Shown here piece by piece: positions 54,526 through 64,000 of a stretch of DNA of 64,000 nt. Position 1 is the first letter of the stretch, and each line of letters begins with the position of its first letter. The position numbers and the translations under genes were made by a program. Where the stretch lies: positions 1-64,000 of the forward strand of contig NW_021835437.1 of the NCBI RefSeq assembly GCF_006345805.1. The letters run 5' to 3'. This DNA comes from Octopus sinensis. Its lineage: Eukaryota. Under the pieces are notes generated by a model. It was not told where the DNA came from. It was given only the letters and a program-made list of their open reading frames with translations, and did not search any database.

Positions 54526-56143
54526 GTGCGTAGTAATTTCTTTTAGTCTGTGAGGTGTGCTGACACATTAATTACTTCTCTTTTTCTATCTCCTGCATTA
54601 GTATATACTTAGGCGTCCAGGTGCATGTAGAGGTCTGGCTGCTGGATTTAGTAATAACTAACGCTGACTTCTCTACTAACAACTATACAGGCTGCCTGCG
54701 TACCTTACAACCCTATGAAAGTAACGTCTCAGATGCCTGTCGTTTAAAACGAATAAATATACACATGCTATTACCTAAGTATAGGATTTATACATTTTCT
54801 GCACACAGAGAACGATATAATCTGCTCATTTATTCAATTGTTTTATGTTTATCTTTTCCACTATTCCTCCTCATAAGTATTGAACGGCGGATTTAAATTG
54901 TGGTTTATTCTGTATTTATTACTTTTTTTATGTTTTATTATATTATTTTATTTCCTGGTTTTTATTTGTGACATGCATGTGTGTCAATCTAAACACACCT
55001 ACTGGCTACAGGTATAAATTGGTGAGAAAATATATTCAGGATTCTGATGTGCTCATATTCGATTGCTGCGATATAAATACACATCATGCGCCATACAGTA
55101 GTTAAAAATATATTATGTAACAATATGCTAAAGTTGATGAAACAATTGTAAATTGATGTAATAGAAATTTTGCTCAATCTACACTACTTGATAATTATAT
55201 TGATCCTACGGATATCATGAGGATTCGGAAACATCATCAGTAGAAAATCAAAAACCCATTAATAGTCATACCGAATAACCTGTAACTGTTGATGAGTTTA
55301 CAAGGGTAAAAATAACAGGGTTAACATCCACGTGAAAATGATACACAGGCACGCGCACACATACATGCATAGATATACATGTATACATATACATAATACA
55401 TGCAAATATGCACATGCACAGACTCTAAATACTGCATGTATACAAACATGGAAAACTACCCTGTTAATGAAGGCGTCTTAGATCTGCATTAGAAACCGGA
55501 TCTTTCTCTATTGGCAAAAAATCATGAAAAATGAATAATGACATACATACATACATACATACATACATACATTTCTGCATATATTTTCTTTTGTAATTCA
55601 ACTTTTGAAACTGACATTGTCATTAGAGTCGGTCATTCTGCCAATGCGAACACACGCTGGAAAACACTTCATTTTACAGATAATTGTTTCATTTAGAAAC
55701 AGCACAACTGCAGTTTATCTTCCTATATTTCCATACACTTGCATTTCCCAATTTTCCGCATACACATATGTGTATATGGGCTTCTATCTACGTTCCCGTA
55801 CGATGGCTTCCCGGGTTTTCATATTTGTATATACAAATACATATGTTTATATACTTAAGAATTTTCACAATTTTTGAATGATAAAAGAACGTTCGTTAAA
55901 AGGAGTGCGTATACCATGGTAATGAAGACTATTGAAATCTCTGTTAAGTAATTTTATCGCTTTAGTGATTTAATAATCGAATTAGAGTTTATAAATGGAG
56001 CTTATAAAGTTCTGTAGAAAATGGTAAATATTTCAATGCCTTATTGAAATGATAATATTCAATATACGCTTTTATGTTCCGATAATTACAAACTGCTGAT
56101 TAATGTATGTTTATAGATGCCAATACGTGTGGGTTTGTGTGTT

Positions 56144-56175
<32 letters not shown>

Positions 56176-56352
56176 CATCTATGTGTGTATGTGTGTGTGT
56201 GTATGTGTGTGAATGTATATGTATATAAATATAGATATATAGATGCGTTTTAATGTAGAAAGGTGAATGCATGAAAGTATGAGTTCCACTCGTTCTCTAT
56301 CTCTATATCTCTTTCTTTCTCTTTCTCTGTCTGTCTGTCAGTCTCTCTCTCT

Positions 56353-56410
<58 letters not shown>

Positions 56411-56473
56411 GCGGATAATGCCGGATTAATCTCATGCTTCAACTTAAGTACCAAATTCAACTGAATCTCAATT

Positions 56474-56845
56474 AGGCTGGGGCGTTGCTCTGTGGTAAGA
56501 AGTTTGTTTCCTAGCCACATCGTCCCACGTTCAGTCCCACCGAGAGGCACCTACTGCTGCAGTTTTCTTCTATAATCTTGAGCAGAGTAAAGCCTTCTGA
56601 GTGGATTGGGTTGATGTCTGTATATTCGTGAGTTTGTTAAGTCTGCGCGTGTGAGTTTGTGCGTTTGTATCAGTTTTTCTCTTCTCTCACCACTTGTCAA
56701 CCGGTGTTTGTGTGTTTACGTCCCATTAATCTAGCGTTTTGGTGGAAGGCCTCGATAGAAGAAGTACCAGGTTTAATAATATGTATCGGTCGACTACAAT
56801 TCTTGAAGACTGCACAACAGCATGGTTATAATCTAAAAACTAGTA
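56474..56845 (+). mobile_element. SINE family A, full length, old
   Basis: ctgtggtaagaagtttg..gttcagtcccac..gtttacgtccc..gatagaagaagtaccagg. Confidence 0.78.
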
Positions 56846-56908
56846 GTGTTTAGTTTTTAGACTAATCGAATGCGAGAGAACGACCATATGTGCATATGCG
56901 TGCGTGTG

Positions 56909-56952
<44 letters not shown>

Positions 56953-56953
56953 C

Positions 56954-56992
<39 letters not shown>

Positions 56993-57003
56993 CATATATG
57001 TGA

Positions 57004-57158
57004 GCGGCTGTGTGGTAAGTAGCTCTCTTACGAACCACATGGTTTCCGCTTCTGTTCCACTGCGTGGCACCTTGGGCAAGTGTCTTCTACTATAGCCTCG
57101 GACCAATCAAAACCTTGTGAGTGGATTTGGTAGACGGAAACTGAAAGAAGCCCGTCGT
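57004..57158 (+). mobile_element. SINE family A, 5' half
   Basis: ggctgtgtggtaagtagc...ggaaactgaaagaagcccgtcg. Confidence 0.92.
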
Positions 57159-58058
57159 GTATACATGTATATGTGTGTGTGCGTGCGTGTATGTGTGTGT
57201 ACGTGCTTGTAGGTTTATATATTTATATATAAGTGTGCATCCATTGAATATGTTCGTTAAAATGAATTCATAAGCAATTGTTATTAAAATTAACTTTTCA
57301 AGTAAAGTGTATGTTGGCTAACTATCGGGCTGGTTGCCTGGCTGCCTGGCAAACCTGGGTGTCTGTCTGTCTGGCTGTTACATAATTCAATTAGCGCTCA
57401 TGAATGGATCAGATAAAATTCCTAAAGAATGCCGAAAAGATATGAATGCCAGCATGAAATGCTAATATCCAAAGAATGATGCTACATTCTTACAATTGAA
57501 AACTGTTCATAAAAAATAAAAAAACTAACAATATAAGCATGAAGCGATGTATATGAAGGAGAAGGTAAGGTTGGTGGTATATATCATGTCCATGCATATA
57601 TATGTGCACGCGCACGCGAAAACACACAGACATACGCATTCACCAACACATATATGTGCAAAAACGCACGTACACATGATCGCTTTCTCACACTCGGTAC
57701 ATTTAGTTTCCTCTCTCTCCACAAATATGTATATCTTTCCATTTGTGAGTGCATCCGTGTGTATGCTTAATTAAAAACTTATGGACGTATATATATCTGT
57801 ACATATATAATTATTCCTCTGGTTATATATATATATATGTGTGTAAGTGGTGTGAATCAATATTTATAGGCATATTCCATGTGCACGTATATATATGTTT
57901 ACATTTAGTTTTACACACTCACACTCAGACACACACACACACACATACGCACACACATATATATGTATATATGTATATATGTATGTATGTATGTATGCAT
58001 GTATATATTAACATAGACGCGCATATTCATGCGTACAAATATAGACAGACAGGTACAC

Positions 58059-58098
<40 letters not shown>

Positions 58099-58100
58099 GA

Positions 58101-58181
<81 letters not shown>

Positions 58182-58229
58182 CAGACAGATACTGAGAAGG
58201 TGGGATATATCAGCTAGAAAATTAATGTT

Positions 58230-58280
<51 letters not shown>

Positions 58281-58984
58281 CTGTGTGTTTGTCTAAGTGA
58301 GTATGCTTATCAGCAAAAAGTGAATATGGTAATATGCAACATGCAATATGGTATTTAATATATAAATGTCAACAGCACAATGCTGCTTCCTTCTGACAGA
58401 GCTGCCAATGAGAAGATGTTTACCATTACAGATCAAGATGGTTACGTGGAAACAACATTATTTATCTGTAAGCAGATGATACGATGGAGATGTGAATAAA
58501 GAAGAAACAAGCGCTCATCCACATGTAGACACACGCACACACACACACAAATACACACATACATAGAAACTCTCATACACACACATACACACACACACAC
58601 ACACACATATATATAAATCGATGGGTGAATGAATTATCCTGTATATATATATATATATAATGTTTAATCTTTCCATAATATGTAATTTTTTCTATATGGT
58701 ATAATTTAATTTTTCATTATTGAATTGATAAAAGGTGTTTTTTTTTCTAATTTATATATACATATAAGTTGGTATCAGTGTTTGCATGCATGCATGGATG
58801 TATATACGTGTTCATGTATGTATGTTTGCTCTGTACAAGCGTACGAAACTTTAAGCCGTATGGAGCAGTCAAGCTGTTAGTAAATAATATATGTATATAC
58901 ATATATCCATAAAAATATGTATGTGTATATACGTAAATATATATACATGTACGCATGCACCATACTAAGAGTAATTTGCTGTAC

Positions 58985-59416
58985 CAATACGACCATTCTG
59001 AAGAAAAAGGATGAGATCAAGGCCGTTCCAATAGCAAATGGTGTCTCCAAGCTCTCTAGGTAACGTGCATCTGTCCAAGAAACATTGCTTCTCCTGTAAA
59101 TCACGGAAGCCACTCACAGTGCATAGGATTATGGAGACGATCATCTGCGAGAAAGCATGAGCGCCGTATGTGTTCCTGAAGCAGAACCCGGGAACAGGGA
59201 CGACAGAGACATCGGCAGATGTATTTAAGGCCTTGGCGGCTTATTTGATAATGTCAAGAAGAGGACTGGTGTTCATAGCGTCGTCAGGTATGGAGAAGCA
59301 GCGACTTCTGACACGAAGGCAGCTGAAGTTTTCGTGCGTCAAGTCCGTCAGCATATCGCAGCCGCGGGTTACATCGCACAACAGGTATTCATCTGTGGTG
59401 AAGCTGGCCTCTATTT
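58985..59416 (+). mobile_element. Tigger/pogo DNA transposase remnant (HTH region to first catalytic motif)
   Basis: TILKKKDEIKAV..IICEKA..VFKA / FDNVKKRTGVHSVVRYGEAATSDTKAAE..GYIAQQVFICGEAGLY (compare QVFNxDETGL). Contains stops and a frameshift. Confidence 0.88.
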
Positions 59417-59596
59417 ATATATATATAGAAAAATTTCCCTGAAGAACCTGCATAGATAGATAGATAGATAGATAGATCCAGGATTACCCGTGGTCGCTAT
59501 GTCCCCCTGACAGGCCTAGATTCTATCTCGGCCATTTAGAAAACGACCATGCACCAAATATAACGAAATATAGTTATATATATATATATATATGTG

Positions 59597-59630
<34 letters not shown>

Positions 59631-59889
59631 TGTTGTTGTGTGTGTGTGTGTATGTGTGTGTGTGTGTGTGTTTACACATGGATCCATCTGTAAATATCAT
59701 CACCACCTTCTACTTTGGACTCTTATTCTAGACGACGTCAATTAATTACAAATAACCGCCAAAATAATAGGGTTGCCATCTGGCGAGGTTTTCATGAGAG
59801 AACTTTCGACAAGTTACAATCTATCAATTACTCTCTTTCTCTCCCTCCCTCCGTCTTCATTTCTTTATCTCAGTATATATATATAAGTG

Positions 59890-59932
<43 letters not shown>

Positions 59933-59978
59933 ATATATATATAATTATATATATAGATATATATATATATATATACTA

Positions 59979-60012
<34 letters not shown>

Positions 60013-60059
60013 TAGATATATATATATATATATATATATATAACCATATATATATATGT

Positions 60060-60090
<31 letters not shown>

Positions 60091-60177
60091 CGTATATATA
60101 TATAAATATATATGTATACATATATATATATATATCTATACATATATAATATATATATATATATAATATACGTATAT

Positions 60178-60211
<34 letters not shown>

Positions 60212-60221
60212 ATATATATAT

Positions 60222-60374
60222 GCGTTGCTGTGTGGTAACAAGCTTACTTCCCAACCACATGGTCCGGGATCAGTCTCTCTGCGTGGTTCCTTGGGCAAGT
60301 ATCTTCTACAGCCTCTAGCTGACCCAAGCCTTGTAAGTGGATTTTGTTGTCCGAAAGTGAAAGGAGCCCATGTA

Positions 60375-60418
<44 letters not shown>

Positions 60419-60628
60419 TATGTATTTGTGTCAGTGTTTGTGTCCTCCCCCATCATCACTTGACAACCGATGTTGGTGGGATTATATCCCCGTAACTTAG
60501 CGGTTCGGCAAAATGGGGCGAGATTATAAGTACTAGGCTTACGAAGTCGTAGGTGCGATTTTGACTGAAAAAGCCAGTGCTCCATCATGGCCGCAGTCAA
60601 ATGACTGAAGCAAATAGATGAATAAAGA
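60222..60628 (+). mobile_element. SINE family A, full length with (TG)n linker
   Basis: Head, linker and 3' half as at 26403. Confidence 0.9.
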
Positions 60629-60645
60629 GTACATACGTATATACA

Positions 60646-60916
60646 TAGGAGACCCACTTCGGTCATGACACATGGGATTGCACTTAGAAAGTTACCCTCC
60701 CAAGCAGAAGTCCGGACAAGGTTGTTTATGGAAGACCAGCAGTCACCCATGCATACAATACTCCCCTCTCCACGCCACCAGTGTTATCCAAGGGAAAGGC
60801 AAAGGGGCCGATGCTTAGCACCAGTGATGTCGCAACTCATTTCTACAAACTGAGTTAACTGGAGCAACGTAAAATAAAGTGTCTTGCTCAAGAACCACTG
60901 AGCCATGCACCTTCAT
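60646..60916 (-). mobile_element. SINE family C-related copy with an internally deleted head
   Basis: Reverse complement reads tgaaggtgcatggctcagtggtt-cttgagcaagacactttattttacgttgctccagttaactcag, then a distinct 3' region. Confidence 0.72.
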
Positions 60917-61133
60917 ATATGTACATGCATATATATATATATATATACATATATATATAATGTAAAAAATATATATGCATATACACATACATGTACGTAC
61001 TTATATATGTATATACACATATATTACGTTTTTTTTTTGACGTCCTGTACCCATATATGCATGTTTAAATACATATATATTTAAGTATGCAAATGTATGT
61101 ATATATGCACATACATATATACAAACATATATT

Positions 61134-61299
61134 GGCGCAGGAGTGGCTGTGTAGTAAGTAGCTTGCTTACCAGCCACATGGTTCCGGGGATTGAGTCCCA
61201 CTGCGTGGAGCCGGGTCAAGTGTCTTCTACTATAGCCTCGGGCCGACCAAAACCTTGTGAGTGGAATTGGTAGACAGAAACAAAAAGAAGACGGTCGTA
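61134..61299 (+). mobile_element. SINE family A, 5' half
   Basis: ggcgcaggagtggctgtgtagtaagtagcttgcttaccagccacatggttccggg. Confidence 0.92.
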
Positions 61300-61733
61300 T
61301 ATATACATACATACATACATACTACTACAACATACAATACATATATATATATATATATATATATATCTATTATATATATATATATATATAATATATATAT
61401 GCTCGCTCATTTGCGTGTGCCTGTACGTGGGTGTCTTTTAATGTTTGGTGCACATGCGAAATCAAAAGCAAGTAAGTCTTCCGATTCCTCTTGTTCTGAG
61501 ATTGTCCTCTTTAAATCAGCGTCTAAGTCTTTTCATACTATACAGAAGCCGTAACACAGAAAGACAACAATCACTGAACGGAATCCTGTAATTCTGTTTG
61601 AGGACCTATTGATCTAGCGTTTGTATTAGACCAGAAACAAATATCAGAGCATCCAATATGCTTTTACTGCGTATGGAGATACACACATGCACATATACAT
61701 GTGTGTGTGTGTAGATATTTAGATAGATAAATG

Positions 61734-61815
<82 letters not shown>

Positions 61816-61834
61816 AAGATAGATAGATAGGTGT

Positions 61835-62040
61835 TTTTTACTCGTTTCACTCATTCGACTACACTCATGATGAGTTTAGTCCAACAATTCGACATTATTA
61901 CGTATTGTTAAGCCTGGTACTTACTACATCGGGTTATTTTGCCGAACCGCTAATGTATGGGGGTCTTGATGAAGCCAACACTTGCTCTCAAGTGGTAGGA
62001 TATCACACACGCAAAGGGACATGAACACACACATACACAC

Positions 62041-62104
<64 letters not shown>

Positions 62105-62262
62105 CAGCTCGCTTCCACATATTATCTGTCTACCAAAATCACTCATAAAACATTGTTTGATCTCGGCTATGTTATAAGAGAAGGCATTTAACAAACGTAC
62201 CACACAGTAGGATTGAGCCCAAAACTCCGTAGTTGAAAGCAAGTTTTCCTAATCACTCAGCT
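61835..62262 (-). mobile_element. SINE family A, full length, old, with expanded (TA)n linker
   Basis: 3' half at 61835-62020 and head at 62105-62262, both on the minus strand. Confidence 0.75.
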
Positions 62263-63029
62263 TCGTACTATATTATATATAGAAACGCACGTTGTATCAT
62301 CAGTAGTAGAACTATTATATTTATACAAGAAATTCATTTAAAATTTTCACATGACACTATTTCATTTATTTCAATTTCGCCACTAGACAGTCCGAATCAG
62401 TAAAAATCTCTGCTTCTGTTTTTGTTTCTCATCATGAACATGTCTAAAAGTTTCAAACAGCGAAAGCATGTTTGATCTCCTGAAACGACTCTCAGTTATT
62501 GGCACATTAAACTTGACCGTCAAACGCAACAGAAGAAATAAAACATTGTCTGAATATAGGAACGTGTCATTAAATTCGTTTTATAACCGCACATGGTTTT
62601 CATGTCCAATTTCCTATTTATAATGGCCGTGAGTTCATTATATTTTCGTTAAACCTGCTTATTACACTTGCCTTGCTAGCTGTACGTTTGTTTTCAATCT
62701 AGCGTTCATAAAAGATTTTATGAAGATAATGATGCGAAATAATCAATTACATCAACACACGGCCTTAGATGGCGTCAACTTTGACAAGCATGTACAACTA
62801 AATACAAAGAAATTAATATGAAGTCTACATTAGTTTGCGATTAGACGTTACTTCTTCCCCGTCTCCGACCAGTTCTCTGTTCTCTGAGCAGTATTTCACG
62901 CTTTAGAAATCTTTAACTATAGCCATCTTAATCTTACTAAACTGTAAATACGTACCACAGTGAAGTTTACCGGTTGAACCACCAGGGTTATTGTGAAATT
63001 CAGAACTGAATTTAACAAGTGAAATATCT

Positions 63030-63615
63030 GAGACGTGTCGCCGACATCTCAGCATCATGTATGCAATAACTATGAATATTAATTCGCTAGCTGTGCAGAA
63101 CGATTAAGACAATTAAGGAATCTATGGTGAAGCAGTTAGCTTCGTCTCCACCTGGTTTCGGTTTCAGCCCCATTTACTGCAAATGTAAAGCAAGACCGAT
63201 GACGTCCAACACGTCAGCTGTGCAGAAGTTTAAAGATGGTGGAGGCAACACTGTATGGTTAAGTATTTCGGTTTGTAACTACGCGGTTTCAGTTTCAGTC
63301 CCAACGCACGTCCTTAATAACGTTACAAGTCGCAACGTGTGACCCGCATCAGCATCTCAGCTCTTCCATGCGATGACGTATAACTTTCAAACTGTCAGCT
63401 AAGCAGAGATTTAAAGACATTATGCACAATGTTAGACAGTTAGAATCGGAAGTAAAAGACTTCGGTTCAATCACGCTGCACAACCTACATAAAATTAAAC
63501 AAGAACTGAAACATGTCACCAGTTTTTAAATGGTTAGTTGTGCAGAAATGTAAAGAGGTTAGAGGCAAGAATATAAGGTTACGTGGTGAGCTTCAGGTTC
63601 CGTTTCATTACATTT
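63030..63615 (+). repeat. Decayed four-unit tandem array of leader motif plus tRNA/SINE-head-like sequence
   Basis: agctgtgcagaa..taaaga-like motif at ~63089, 63216, 63397 and 63536, each followed by A-box-like and B-box-like sequence. Confidence 0.65.
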
Positions 63616-64000
63616 CATAAATAAAAACGTAAAAAGAACCAACGCAATAAGAGGACAATCCCAGAGTAAAGGCTACCAATTTACTACTTAAAACGTAACA
63701 AAACCAAATGACTGACATTAGCTATATCTTAAATCGTTATTACATTATATAGGAAGAAATAACAGAAAATATCAGTTCAATGGTTGGATTCCAGCGCCGA
63801 ATCTAATATCAAGTATTCTTATTAATAGTCATCTGTGTGGCGCAATGAGTCTGTTGAATAAAAATGTATATAGCATGTTTTTACACATGGTCACGTGGCA
63901 TGGAATACCAACAAAAACGTGCAAAATTCCGAGATGAATCACAGATGAGTTCTAAAGATAAATTCCAAGAAAGAGAGTTCAATGGTTTTACAGATGTGTA

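Noticed and set aside
63030-63615. CRISPR-like repeat-spacer array
   Set aside because: The repeats are degenerate, spacing is irregular and over 100 bp, the spacers resemble each other, the context is eukaryotic, and there are no cas genes.

Overview
Eukaryotic, very AT-rich, repeat-dense DNA, most consistent with an octopus (coleoid cephalopod) intergenic or intronic region. This is inferred from the abundant (TA)n/(CA)n/(GATA)n/(CATA)n microsatellites and the SINE types, not from a database search. No complete protein-coding gene is recognisable, and nearly all ORFs in the track are microsatellite translations. The window holds about 25 copies or fragments of three tRNA-derived SINE families. 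It also holds retroelement remnants (L1/Tx1-like, R4/Dong-like, CR1-group, RTE-like, and a Neptune-like Penelope element with a GIY-YIG remnant) and a Tigger/pogo transposase remnant. The most notable signal is a set of type I hammerhead ribozyme (HHR) motifs in short elements within or beside microsatellite tracts. Three are essentially intact (19420, 38998, 45405), one is an inverted copy (17404), and several are degenerate. Alongside them are 'foldback plus unpaired tail' elements; in two of these the hairpin apex looks like an HHR stem III with its cleavage triplet, suggesting cDNA snap-back at the ribozyme. Other items are a 40-bp unique inverted repeat around an RFX X-box and a candidate first exon (50-51 kb), a decayed array of leader plus SINE-head units (63 kb), a DR5-spaced AGGTCA array, and two duplications that may be assembly artefacts.
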